A stretch of DNA of 64,000 bases, taken from assembly GCA_964016885.1 (NCBI GenBank), contig OZ024757.1:38254001-38318000 (forward strand), given 5' to 3'. The stretch is from Eledone cirrhosa. Lineage: Eukaryota. A model generated the notes under the pieces. That model saw only the letters and a program-made list of their open reading frames with translations. It did no database searches and was not told the origin of the DNA. Below are positions 1 through 13,365 of this stretch, in pieces (positions within the stretch are counted from its first letter, which is position 1; each line of letters starts with the position of its first letter). The translations under genes and the position numbers were made by a program.

Positions 1-366
1 GGCAGACAGAGTGAGACATATACACACACACAGACAGAGTGAGACATATACACACACACAGACAGAGTGAGACATACACACACACACAGACAGAGTGAGA
101 CATACACACACACAGACAGTGAGACATACATACACAGGCAGAGAGAGTGAGACATATACACACACACAGACAGAGTGAGACATATACACACACACAGACA
201 GAGTGAGACATATACACACACACAGACAGAGTGAGACATACACACACAGGCAGGCAGAGTGAGGCATACACACACACAGAGACAGAGTGAGACATACACA
301 CACAGGCAGGCAGAGTGAGGCATACACACACACACACAGACAGAGTGAGACATACACACACACACA
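1..366. repeat. Minisatellite, ~28-30 bp unit (CA)n-GACAGAGTGAGACATA
   Basis: About a dozen consecutive copies of cagagtgagacata separated by (CA)n runs; the array runs off the window start. Confidence 0.9.
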
Positions 367-553
367 GTGGATTGGGAGTATCGGTAGAGGGTCGGACGCC
401 ATGCTTTCCAGCATAGTTACGTCCTTTTACGATCTGAGTTCAAATCCCGCCGAGGTTGACTTTGCCTTTCATCCTTACGGGGTCGATAAAATAAAGTACC
501 AGTAATGTACTGGTTAATTGCTGGCCTTGTGCCTAAAGTAGAAACAATTATTT
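367..553 (+). mobile_element. tRNA-derived SINE family A, full length
   Basis: A-box-like GGATTGG..GTATCGG, B-box GAGTTCAAATCC, core GCCGAGGTTGACTTTGCCTTTCATCCTTACGGGGTCGATAAAATAAAGTACCAG, tail GGCCTTGTGCC.AAAGTAGAAACAATT; more than 10 homologues in this window. Confidence 0.9.
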
Positions 554-1035
554 ATATCCCGTCTGTATCAATCTCGTTCTATTTTGCCAAGAAAGTAAGT
601 AATATCATATATATTAGTTTGTTGTTTTTCTCTGAATATCACAAAACGTGTTGCATATCAATATATTCATCCCTACCGGTGAAAATGCGTGAGAACTATA
701 GCAATGGTGGTTGCAGATTATAGGAAGAAGTAGGCATAACACAATATTTCATTTAACACAACCAAGTAGAGTGGTCTTCAACTTCTTTTTATTGTCTAGT
801 TCACAAGAGTGTCAGTTACAATGTATGTTTTAGCTATCATTGTTACTGTTAACTCCGTATTCAGAATGTTGTGTTCGATTACTAATACAAAATATATCAT
901 TACTTTGTTGTGTTGCTGCTCAGGGCTATTCAACGGGAGATAGAGCATCGCCTCATAGACAGACATGTCAGTAACTGTTGCATGCATGAATGGTCTTATA
1001 AATGGAGTCGTAGAAGTGCTGCATAGACATACGTT

Positions 1036-1510
1036 TTACTTCTTCTTTGCCCACTTATTCCTGAGAGGGTCATATGGCAGGGTCATCAAACACTCCTTCA
1101 AAAGGGTCCTGTCAGAAGCAACTGTTTTCATCTGATCTGGCTGGATCCCCAAGCGTGACCAGCCAAGCTCATGGATGTTATTCAGCAATCTTGCTTAAGG
1201 CTAATCCCTGAGTCTCCTGCCGGTTGGTTTTCCTGGAAAATCTGTCCAACCAATCTTTCCTGAAACAGTCTAACCACATGTTCATAGCATCGGAGCTGTG
1301 ATCTCTCAATTCGGAGAAGTAGCGGCTCTACCAGGAGTGACTCTTTGATCTCCAAGCTACACATTTTTTCCTGAGACATTCTAATCTACATGGCCATAAT
1401 ATCGGAGCTGTGATCTCTCAATTCAGAGAAGTAGCAGCTCTACCTGGAGTGAATCTCTAATCTCCGAGCTACACATTCCTTCCTGAAACATTCTAATCCA
1501 GATGTTCATA
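1036..1510 (-). mobile_element. RTE-like LINE 3' fragment with an internal ~112-bp tandem duplication
   Basis: Translates to EIKESLLVEPLLLRIERSQLRCYEHVVRL, matching the LRWxGHVxRM-type C-terminal motif of RTE ORFs; 1289-1388 is repeated at 1401-1500. Confidence 0.75.
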
Positions 1511-1786
1511 TTATCATTTTAATTCACCAAACTAAACACAAGAAGATATCTAATGACTAAAATTTCAAACAGTTATGATACCATTTATTTTTTTATTTGA
1601 TTTAAACATATTTCTACATATGCGTTGTTTGTAACTTAGGTTTTAGATCACAGCCATTTTGAATTACCACCTCTGATGATGTTACTTCGTGATTCCGAAC
1701 GTTATGAATATCTATTGAGAACATGTTGTCAATACAACAACAACAACAACAACAATAATAATAATAATAAGGCCACAGCAACAGCC

Positions 1787-1830
<44 letters not shown>

Positions 1831-2256
1831 ATATATTTTGTTTATTTTCAGCGTGAATTCAAATAATCTACTAACATAATTAGAAAGAACATAAACAAAT
1901 AATTTTAATTCCAGTTTGAAAAAAAAACCAGTTAAGATACTATGGCATTAATTTTGAACAAACAGTAATATTGATGCAACAATTATTTTTATTTAGTACA
2001 TTTTACTTCATTAGATATGTTTTGAATTTTATTTACATACTCATTAATTAGTTTCACTAAGTCTTTTATCATCTAGCTGTTAATAATTTCAATAATTTTT
2101 CATTAATTTTTGTGCAACGAATGCAATTTTGTAAGACTGAAATATTCTACGTAAGCCATGTATGTATGTATATATGTATGTATAGACATAGATACTCACA
2201 TATGCACATGGATGCATATACATATATATATATATATATGTACATGTATGTATGTA

Positions 2257-2422
2257 TGTAAAAGGTAAACATAAATAACAACACAATCGCTAGAGTTTAT
2301 GGAAGGGATATATTAGGTTAACGCTTGATATAGCAGGAAGAGGGTCTTAACGTTTCGGAGGCTAGTCCTTCATAAGAAGAAAGAATGAGAAATAAGATAG
2401 ATTGAGAGGACGGGTGGGTTGG
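2257..2422 (-). mobile_element. Hammerhead-bearing repeat family HH-A, degenerate copy
   Basis: Reverse complement of 53139-53305; core reads CTTATGA-A-GGAC-TAGC-CTCC-GAAACGTTAAGA (G5 mutated, one stem II mismatch). Confidence 0.75.
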
Positions 2423-2661
2423 TGTGTGTGTGTGATATTTTATATAAATATATATATATATATGTGATATTATATATAAATATATATATATAAATGTGAT
2501 ATTATATATACATATATACAGATGTGATATTATAAATAGATATATATATATGCGATATTATATATAGATATAAATGTCATATATATAAATGCATATATAT
2601 GTGATATATATAAACATATATATACGTGATATATATAAACATATATATATATATATATATA

Positions 2662-2846
2662 TGAAAAAGTATGACCCCAACGGCAGAGCTCAAGACGCTT
2701 CGACAGCTATTTCCTGAAATAGCCGTCGAAACGGCTTGAGCTCTGCCGCCGAGGTCATTCTTTTTCCTATTTCCCACTCTACTACATTAAGTATTGAGTA
2801 CTCTGGTGCGTTACGGTCCATTTGGTTCCTTACCACAATTCCTTTG

Positions 2847-2848
<2 letters not shown>
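2662..2848 (+). mobile_element. Palindromic (TA)n-flanked repeat family P1 (Penelope-like pLTR remnant)
   Basis: 42-bp imperfect inverted repeat at 2672-2757 centred on TATTTC-CT-GAAATA, followed by a unique tail; homologues at 24175, 36545 and 51904. Confidence 0.75.
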
Positions 2849-2897
<49 letters not shown>

Positions 2898-2899
2898 AT

Positions 2900-3070
2900 A
2901 TGTGCTTGGCCGCATAAAGCTACGGGCCGTTTCGTTCTGATTTAAAGTCGTACCGAGCATAGCTTTGCCTTTCATCTTTCCGGGCTCGATACAATTAAGG
3001 TACCACCTACTCCTGAGAGATTCACGGTGGCAGAGATCTAACGTCAATCACCCCTTCCGGTGTGTCTTAT
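2900..3070 (+). mobile_element. Divergent SINE sharing the family A central domain
   Basis: GCTTTGCCTTCATCTTTCCGGGCTCGATACAATTAAGGTACCA is similar to the family A core. Confidence 0.5.
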
Positions 3071-3074
3071 CAGA

Positions 3075-3222
3075 AGCAAACCTCTCCAACAAATCCAACT
3101 GGATCCCCCAAACGTGACCAACCAAACTCATGGTTGTTATCCATCCATCTTACTCGGGGTCTGTCAGTTGGTTTTTCCCCATTAAAATCTGTCCAGTGAT
3201 TCTTTCCTCAGACATTCTAACT
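3075..3222 (-). mobile_element. RTE-like LINE 3' fragment
   Basis: Direct similarity to 1110-1280 (ctggatccccaa.cgtgacca.ccaa.ctcatgg.tgttat; aaaatctgtcca). Confidence 0.7.
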
Positions 3223-3344
3223 AATCTATAAGATTTAATATATTGTCTATCACACACAATCACCATACTGACCTACTAAGAAGAAAGTTGTTCTTTATTT
3301 CATGTCTTTAATTTTACCAACACCTCTTGTTAATAAACCTCGCC

Positions 3345-4200
3345 TTCGTTTTCTTATTTTCTATTTTTTCCTTTTTTCTTTCTTCTCTTCTTTGTTTTCC
3401 TCATTCTTCTTAACTCTTTTTTCTTTTTTCTTTTCCTTCTTAACTCTTTTTTCTTTTCTTCTTATCACTTTTTTCTTTTTTTTTCTCTTTTCACTTTTTC
3501 TTCTTTTTTTTTCCTTTTATTCTTCTTCTTATTCTTCTTTTCCTACGGAGACTTTTTCTTTTTTGCTGCTTAAACTTACCCCGCCTCTCCTTTGATGTGA
3601 CTGTTTTTGTTTCGTCTTCTTTTTCGTCTCGATGTTGGTGTGTTCTTCTTCGTTGTCTTCCTCGTCTTGTTGTTGTTGTTGTTGTTCTTCTTTTTCTTCT
3701 TCTTCTTCTTTATCTTCTTCTTCACCTTCTTCTCCTTCTTCGTCTTCTTCTTTATCTTCTCCACCTTCTTTGTCTCCTTTTTCTTTCTCTTCTTCTCCGT
3801 CACCTTCTTCACACCACTCGTCTTCTTCTTCTTCTTCACAATTTTTCTTCTATATTACCATTCTTCCTTTTTCCTTTTCCTTCCCTCCCCGCATACTTAC
3901 ATCCCCTCCTCCTGTCTACTTCTCACTGCTGTCGTCGTCATTCTTCTTCTTCTTTGCCTTCTTCTTCTTTGCCTTCTTCTTCTTTGCCTTCTTCTTTATG
4001 TGTGTCTATGAGTCTCTATATATGTGTGTGTGTGTGTCTATATATATATGTGTCTATGTTCCTGTTTTTGTTCTTGTTCTTCTTCTTTTCTTGTTCTTCT
4101 TTTCTTGTTCTTGTTCTTGTTCTTGTTCTTCTCTTGTTGTTCTTTTTGTTCTTCTTCTTCTTCTCCTTCTTGTTCTTCTTCTTCTTCTTCTTCCTCCTTC
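3345..4200. repeat. Pyrimidine-rich low-complexity tract, (CTT)n/(GTT)n
   Basis: Long T/C-rich runs that produce spurious poly-F/L/S ORFs. Confidence 0.9.
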
Positions 4201-4431
4201 AAAAATCATTAAAAAAAGCCAATTTAAAAAACAACACTCTACAAGATTTTCAGATTTTTACCATCGCCATTTTCTTATCTACCTCCATTCCAGACTACCA
4301 TAAAATATATTTCTTCCTACACTGCACATTTCAACTCTTTTATTTATTGCTTATAATCTAAGTTTACTTATATTGCTGTTGCTTATATACTTGGTTTTCT
4401 CTTTTGTATATTTATTACTTAGATATTTAGC

Positions 4432-4438
4432 TTGTATG

Positions 4439-4478
<40 letters not shown>

Positions 4479-5052
4479 TATATAATCGTCTGTGTGTGTG
4501 TAAACGTATCTGTGTGCCTATATATATATGTGTGTGTTTGTGTATGTATGTATATATAAATATATATATGTATATATAATTGTCTGTGTGTTTGTGTATA
4601 TATATATATGTGTGTGTGTGTTTGTGTATGTATATATATATATATATTTGTGTATGTGTTTGTGTGTGTGTGTGTGTATAAATGTGACTCTGTGTGTATA
4701 TATATATATGTGTTTGTGTGTTCGTGTATGTATATATATATATTTGTGTGTGTGTGTATAAATGTGTCCCTGTGAATATATATATGTGTGTGTTTGTGTC
4801 TGTATATATATATATATATATATATTTCTAACATTATTTTACGTATATATTTGTTGTCTATGGCCTTAGCTTTCTTTGTTATATATTATTACGTATAATC
4901 TTACTTTATTTACATAGCTGTAGCTTATATCCTTAGCTATGTTTATATATTTATTACTTAGAACGTTATCTTGTGTATATATGTACTATATATATATATA
5001 TTTATATATTGTTTGCAAACATATATATATATATGTATACAGACACACAAAC

Positions 5053-5099
<47 letters not shown>

Positions 5100-5250
5100 T
5101 ATATATAAGTACATATATATATATGTATGTATATATATATAAGTACATATATATATATGTATGTATATATATATAAGTACATATATATATATATATATAT
5201 AAGTACATATATATATAAGTACATATATATATATGTACATATATATATTT
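4432..5250. repeat. Compound (TA)n/(TG)n/(TATG)n microsatellite region
   Basis: Directly visible. Confidence 0.85.
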
Positions 5251-5399
5251 ATATTTAGTTTACGCATGTATGTATCGCTCATAAACTTCGTCTTACGTAT
5301 ATATTTGTTGCTTATAATCTCAATCCACTTGTATATAATTTTTGTTACACTTTATCCTTACAAACACACACTCATATACACACACACATATATATATAT

Positions 5400-5472
5400 C
5401 TGCTATATCAAGCGTTAACCTAATATATACCTTCCATATACTGTACCGATTGTATTGTTATTTCTGTTTACC

Positions 5473-5478
<6 letters not shown>
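5400..5478 (+). mobile_element. HH-A family 3' fragment without the ribozyme
   Basis: tgctatatcaagcgttaacctaatata...ttgttatttctgtttaccttttaca matches 53226-53303; another fragment lies at 57205-57306. Confidence 0.7.
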
Positions 5479-5542
<64 letters not shown>

Positions 5543-5680
5543 CTATATATATAGATATGTGTGTGTGTATGGCTCATATATTTAGTTTAGTAGTTATTTT
5601 GTTTATATATATATTTATTCATTGTATTCTTAATGTTCGTATGTATGTTTCTATTGTTTGGTTATAAATACACGAATATT

Positions 5681-6050
5681 AGTGGCAACGGAACTCGGTC
5701 CTGGATCGTAAGGTGCTGGGGTCGAGAGTCACAATCGGTGTATTTTGTCCTTGAGCAAGATACTTATTTTTATGTTGATCCAACTAAACCACCTTTCCCC
5801 CAAAATAGAGTATATTAGTTGTACACGTAATTTAAGGTGTCAGAGATATCACGTGGTTTGTCACGCTGTATCTCCCTTGGAATTGGATTGACATCCGTTA
5901 ATGCTCTATCCTTTGTCCTTGAGCAAGATACTTACATTCATGTTGACCCAGCTAAACCACCTTCCCCCCAAAATAGTGTATATTGATTGTACACGTAATT
6001 TAACGTGTCACACCTATCACCTGCTTTGTTACGCTGTGTCTCCCTCAGAA
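5681..6050 (+). mobile_element. tRNA-derived CORE-like SINE followed by a tandem partial duplicate
   Basis: TGTCCTTGAGCAAGATACTTA...CTAAACCACC..CCCCAAAATAG.GTATATT occurs near 5745 and again near 5913. Confidence 0.65.
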
Positions 6051-6227
6051 TTTGATTGCCTTAATGTTGGGTCCTTTGACGCCTGACGAAGTCATTGGAG
6101 CACCTTATCGGCATACAGCATTTCTTGGGCATTTTTAAACCTGGCAGAAGCCATCTAATGTCCAGGTCTCTTTTACAGGAGGTTTGTTCCATAGAATGAT
6201 AGAGAGATCGAGAGATTGAGAAGTGAG

Positions 6228-6320
6228 AAAGGATCGACCTAGTACTTGACTAGTACAATTTTTCGTCGACCTCGAATGGATGAAAGGCAAAGTTGACCTC
6301 AGCGGGATTTAAATTCAGTG
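6228..6320 (-). mobile_element. SINE family A core fragment
   Basis: gtcgacctcgaatggatgaaaggcaaagttgacctcagcgggattt is the reverse complement of the core. Confidence 0.8.
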
Positions 6321-6591
6321 AGCTGAAAGTCAACAGAAAAGCCGCAAAACAGATTATCTGACGTTCTCACAAATCGTTTGAAGAGACTGTTTCCACTCTC
6401 TAGCAATACTTCTTAAAAGGTTATTTATTTTTGTGTCTCCCATACATGCTCAGTACACGTCTTTTATTTCTGATAAAGGACTATCTTCCAAAACAATTAC
6501 ATAACTTATTTAACCACCACTGTATTTGCATTTTTCTCTTGTTTTGCTTTTCCTTATGAAACTTCTTCCATACTTTCATACGAATGTGTGC

Positions 6592-8020
<1,429 letters not shown>

Positions 8021-8033
8021 ATATTTATTTATT

Positions 8034-8232
8034 TATTTATTAAAATAACAGTATAACATTTAAGCAAAGAATCGTTTCAGAAGAACACGCCAAGGGCGAA
8101 AGCGGCGATTGATTGCTTAAATTTTGGTCGGTTATTTTAATAAATAACAGATCTGGGGCTCTTATATATTTTATATGTATTTATCCTTATCGCACCCTCT
8201 TTGGATTTTAGTCTTCAAATTTATTATTATTA
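8034..8232 (+). mobile_element. Inverted-repeat element HH-I with a degenerate hammerhead-like loop
   Basis: Arms 8034-8074 and 8106-8146; loop CAGAAGA..GCC-AAG-GGC-GAAA; tail ccctctttggattttagtcttcaaatttattattatta shared with 10611-10648. Confidence 0.6.
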
Positions 8233-8233
8233 C

Positions 8234-8267
<34 letters not shown>

Positions 8268-8484
8268 CACACGCGCGCACAAAAAATTGCTCACACATAC
8301 ACACATATTTTACATTTAATAATCATTTTCTTCCAGCTTTGAATATTTTTCATTCCGTTCTCCTTCGTTCTTTTGTTCCGCTTTATATAACTTTCCCTCT
8401 TCACATTCTAAATATACATCATTCTGTTTTACATTACATCAACTGAAATATCTAGTATATGTCGGCCAGGTCAAAATATTGTCT

Positions 8485-9087
8485 GTATGTATATATGTGT
8501 ATATGTGTGAATATATATGTATATGTGTGTATCTATATATATGTGTGTATCTATGTGTGTATGTATTATGTTTGTCTGTGTGAGTATATATGTCTGTATG
8601 TATGAGTGTATGTATGCATTTGCTTATTTGCGTATTAAATAATACACCAATATACAGGCTCACAAATGTGTGTGTATATATGTTAATATGTTTATATATA
8701 TATATAAATGTTAATATATACATATGTATATGCATATGTATGTGTATATATATATATGCATATGTATGTATATATATATATATACATATGTATATGCATA
8801 TGTGTATATATATATATATATATACATATGCGTATATATATATACATATGTATTTGCATATGTATATATATATATATATACATATGTATTTGCATATGTA
8901 TATATATATACATATGTATATGTATATAGGCATATGTATATATGTATATATATATGTATATGTATATAGGCATATGTATATATGTATATAGGCATATGTA
9001 TATATGTATATATATATATATGTATATATGTATATAGGCATATGTATGTATGCATATATATATATATATATATATATACATTTATGT

Positions 9088-9121
<34 letters not shown>

Positions 9122-9140
9122 ACGAATGTATGTATGTATT
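8485..9140. repeat. Compound TA/TG/TACA microsatellite
   Basis: Directly visible. Confidence 0.85.
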
Positions 9141-9914
9141 TGTCTTTCTAGGTGTATGTGGGCGTGGATGTGTGCATGTACGATGAAGCATTTTATATTC
9201 CATGATTGAAAACCTGATCTTTTGAAGATAAACTACGCCGAAAGATAAAATGGCCCGAAACGCCAATTCTTTCGAGTTTCCAAACCTATAAATCAATTTA
9301 AAATTTGCAAATTGCTTTACTTTCATATATTTTATTCGTTGATTTAATATACGTAAGCGGCTTTATTTTTACATATAATAAATTTTATATATTTTCCTCT
9401 ACATTTATTTCTCTCTATCTTCCCCTCTCATCTAAAACTGCACCACCGATCTTAATTATCATCATTATAATGATTATCAGTATAATTTAGTTTAATGCCC
9501 TCGTTTTTGTTTTCATCATGCAAGCATAGTTTTCAACAAAATAGGAAGAGCTCTATAGTTAGTTTATATGCATTACTCTGCTCTCCATATACGGAAATTA
9601 TCGCCTCATTGTTTTAGTCTGTTATATTTGCACCCAAAATCAAACTCGTTCTAGCTTATCTCATGTAATATCTAACAAACATTACCATTATATGACCACA
9701 ACAGCGTTTATATCAAGATCGTCTGCCGCGATCTTGTTCTCCATTTAATTCCTCTCTTGCCCAGTCTTTTTTGTCTGTCCATAAATAAGTCATCCCAATC
9801 GAACTGTTTATTTAGCTATCGATATCTTGAAAGTACTATCTAGTCGATTGTTCGCATATATTTGAAGATGCTTCAGCATAAAGACAATGGCATCCATTGT
9901 TGGGGTGAGTAAGT

Positions 9915-10000
9915 GAGTGATAGACGGGTTCGGTTCCTAGCCACATGCAAGGGTCCAGGTTCTGTCCCTATTCGTGGCACACTTCGGAAAGTGTTCATCT
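9915..10000 (+). mobile_element. Degenerate SINE 5' fragment
   Basis: ggtccaggttctgtccctattcgtggcacacttcggaaagtg resembles a B-box followed by a CORE-like GGCACCTTGGGCAAGTG segment. Confidence 0.45.
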
Positions 10001-10009
10001 TTCTGTCAC

Positions 10010-10458
10010 TCTGCCTCTCTGTTTCTCTCCCTCTCAAACATCTCTCTTCTATTTCCCTCTCTCTCCTGCTCTCTCTTCATTTCCCTCTCTCTCCTGCTCT
10101 CTCTTCCTTTTCCTCTCTCTCCTGCTCTCTCGTCCTCCATCTCACTCCTGCTCTCTCTTCCTCCCTCTCTCTGCTGCTCTCTCTTCCTCCCTCTCTCTCC
10201 TGCTCTCTCTTCCTCCCTCTCTCTACTGCTCTCTCTTCGTTTCCCTCTCTCTCCTGCTCTCTCTTCGTTTCCCTCTCTCTCCTGCTCTCTCTTCGTTTCC
10301 CTCTCTCTCATGCTCTCTCTTCGTTTCCCTCTCTCTCATGCTCTCTCTTCCTCCATCTCTCTCCTGCTCTCTCTTCCTCCATCTCTCTGTTCCTGTCTCT
10401 CTATCTTCCTCTCTCTCTTCATCCTCTCCCTCCCTCTCTCTCTTTCTGTCTCTCTCTA
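10010..10458. repeat. CT-rich minisatellite, ~22-26 bp unit CCCTCTCTCTCCTGCTCTCTCTTCGTTT
   Basis: Repeated ctctcctgctctctcttc units. Confidence 0.9.
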
Positions 10459-10491
10459 TATATAATTACATATATGTAGTATGTATATATC

Positions 10492-10530
<39 letters not shown>

Positions 10531-10536
<6 letters not shown>

Positions 10537-10648
10537 TAAAATAACAGATTAAAGTTTAAGTAAAAAAATCGCTGCTTTCACCCTTAACGGGGTCTTCTGA
10601 AACTATCGAGCCCTCTTTGGATTTTAGTCTTCAAATTTATTATTATTA
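10531..10648 (+). mobile_element. Second, deleted copy of HH-I with its core inverted
   Basis: 10532-10603 is the reverse complement of 8074-8144, yet the shared tail keeps the + orientation. Confidence 0.6.
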
Positions 10649-10787
10649 GAGTTACGTCCTATTATGATCTGAGTTCAAATCCCGCCGAGGTTAACTTTGC
10701 CTTTCATCCTTGCGAGGTCGATAAAATAAAGTACCAGTAATGTACTGAGTAATTGCTGGCCTTGTGCCAAAAGTAGCAACAATTATT
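10648..10787 (+). mobile_element. SINE family A, 5'-truncated
   Basis: B-box, core and tail as at 367-553. Confidence 0.9.
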
Positions 10788-10795
10788 GTAATTGC

Positions 10796-11485
10796 CATGC
10801 ACTTGTCCAGTGTCCGTGCATTACTGACTTGTGGAATTATGTCGAACAGCTACTGTCGCGTGTGGAACGAATCCGGCTATCGGCCGAGTCCATAGTGAAG
10901 ATCGACCACCCGCCTTCCTTAGCTCAGGAAGAGCAGAAAATGTTCCTCTGTCTGGTGACAGTTGCGAAAGAGGTTGAATCGTGGCCCAGGTTAAAAGGAC
11001 TGAAGACAGACACTTTTCTCTTCGACCAATCCCTCATCAACTTCTTCAAGTTTCACCTGGAAAGGAAGGTGAGGGTGGAGAGAGAAGTGCTGCCCCTCAG
11101 TACATTTGCTAAATGGTGGATGAATGTGGCGAGAATGACCCCGTGTGAATGGGCCTACTCTGACCATGCGCCTATAGGCTAGCTAACTTGAGGAGAGGGG
11201 TGCTCTCCCTGGGTGCCCTAGAAGCGCAGGGTGGTTCAGGATTGGTGGGGTACCCAAGTCACCCCTGAGTCGACCACCCCCTATCGGGGAATTTATTTTG
11301 TTACATTTATGCATAGTTTATTTTATATTTTTATAACTTCATTGTTAAATTAGTCTTGCCATTGTGTACTTTTACTCAACCTTATTGTAAACCCCCACTG
11401 TCCCTGTTTTTGTATTGTCCCCTACATGTCGGCCCTTGTGGCTAATAAATGAAATCATTATTATTATTATTGTTGTTGTTGTTGT
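10796..11485 (+). mobile_element. 5'-truncated Tx1/L1-clade LINE 3' end (ORF2 C-terminus 10796-11182 plus 3'UTR)
   Basis: HALVQCPCITDLWNYVEQLL matches the HxxxxCP..W end of the L1/Tx1 CCHC knuckle; open frame to a stop at 11182; AATAAA followed by an (ATT)n tail. Confidence 0.75.
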
Positions 11486-12105
11486 ATAAATATATATATA
11501 ACGTATATATAGATGCATGTTTATATGTATATATGAATGTATGTATGTGCATGTATGTTTGTATACATACTTACATATACATACATATATATATATATAT
11601 ATAAAATATAAGAATCAATTGATTTTTGATTGTACCTCTTAATATAAATGTAATCTCGAAGCGTGTACTGCCACTCTAAATTCTGTAATGAATGTTGACC
11701 CACAATGTTTAAATATGTATCAATGTTTGAATATGTATCGGTATGTCTCTCGGCTGAAAATGAGGTCATATAACTGTCCATGCATTAATAAATTGCTCCG
11801 AAGAATCCAAACCTCGGTTTGGAGGAAACAGCTGTAAGCACAATAATGTTTTGAACAGTTCTTTGATTCTTATATTTCATATAACTGCTCTGTAAATCAT
11901 CTGATGTTTTTACATTGAGCTACTTAACTTACTGGTAATAAGGTAGTAATACCACTATTTAGGGTGTGTGTAAAATACTTATAACTGCATAAGGTTTTGT
12001 ATTTACATAACCATAAATAGTATAACTAATACTATATATAAATATATATTTCGTTTCTGAATTTGTTTAGCAAGATTCTTTATCTGACCCTCCCAAAGTA
12101 TAACA

Positions 12106-12186
<81 letters not shown>

Positions 12187-12646
12187 TCACACTGACTATT
12201 TATACTCCAAACGTTAGTGAGTATTTTAAAACAAAATAAAAAAACAAAAAAATGTACGCTAGAAATATTTTATATCTATCTCTACATTTACTCCCTCCAT
12301 TCATCCAACGAACCCGACACTAACAAATTATTCTTTTTGTCCTGCTATACATGCATTCCTTTGTTTATCCAACCATTTATCTGATTTCTCTACATATCGA
12401 TCAATATTCCTCAATTCATTTTCGTTTGTAACTCTTCGAACTTACCATTTATTTCATTCTTTCTCTCTCAAACAATAATGAATTATATAGACTTTATTTC
12501 CACTTTTACAACATATACTTTTTACGTATTGCATATAATTATAGCTATTATAAATACATATTATACACAATATACATATTAAATTATATACATGTATATA
12601 ATATACTCATATATATAATTTAATATCTATAATATGTATAATATCT

Positions 12647-12868
12647 AGTTATAATAGCTATAATTCTATACATGTCTATTATGTTATGTAGACGCGTGGC
12701 TTAGTGGTTGTTGGGTTTGCGATCGTAATGCCGTGGGTCTTATATTTCGGTTGGATTATATATTGTGTTCTTGTGCGAAGGACCTCGTTTCATGTTGTTC
12801 CATTATACTCAGCTGATAAATGAGTCCGACCAGTAGTAGCTACGGATTTGATCTTGCGATGGGTATAA
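12647..12868 (+). mobile_element. tRNA-derived SINE family B, degenerate, with upstream flank
   Basis: A-box GTGGCTTAGTGG; TGTGTTCTTG.GC.AAG; CTCAGCTG.TAAATG; ends TGCGATGGG. Confidence 0.65.
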
Positions 12869-12904
12869 TATGGAGTTGTTGTTGTTGTTTGTTGTTTTTG
12901 TTAC

Positions 12905-13144
12905 AGCTCACACCTATGCAGGTTTAGCTGGCCTCCTACAAGGTATATCTCGTTGGAGGTGTCTTGTGTGTTTTAATGAGAGGATCCCCAGTCCTATCAT
13001 CTCATTTATACATCTGAGTAAACTGGAACAACGTGAAATAAAGTGTCTTGCTCAAGGAAACAACACATCACCCGGTCCGAGAATTGAACTCACGACCTTT
13101 CTATTGCAAGCCCAATGCTCTAACCACTGAGCCATGCGCCTTCA
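12905..13144 (-). mobile_element. tRNA-derived CORE-like SINE
   Basis: Minus strand reads GGCGCATGGCTCAGTGGTTAGAGC (A-box), GAGTTCAATTC (B-box), TTTCCTTGAGCAAGACACTTTATTTCACGTTG. Confidence 0.85.
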
Positions 13145-13151
13145 CATAAAG

Positions 13152-13365
13152 TAGTTACAATAGCTATAAATTCCATATATGCCTATTATATTGTGTATAC
13201 CTATGGTCTAATGAAAAGAGTTTCGGGCTTAAAATGATAATGTCGGGGGTGGGATACCTGTGTGTTGTTCTGTTGAGTAAACCTCTTCATACCACCTTGC
13301 TTTAGTCTACCCAGCTGATAAGTACGACCAGCAATAACTTGGCATTAGAACCTGCGATGGGTATA
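13152..13365 (+). mobile_element. Tandem duplicate of the 12647-12868 SINE B unit
   Basis: Same tagtta.aatagctata leader and the same cagctgataa...gcgatgggtata end. Confidence 0.6.

Noticed and set aside
1-366. CRISPR-like regularly spaced repeats
   Set aside because: The spacers are (CA)n rather than unique, the context is eukaryotic, and there are no cas genes
796-987. 63-aa ORF, or a micro-exon at ~800-822
   Set aside because: No recognisable domain and no chain of compatible exons
3302-4361. Hydrophobic poly-L/F/S ORFs resembling membrane proteins
   Set aside because: They arise from (CTT)n and T-rich low-complexity DNA
11810-11860. Similarity to 33940-33990 (ggaggaaac...gttttgaaca) suggesting paralogous exons
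   Set aside because: Only two short words match, with different spacing; plausible by chance
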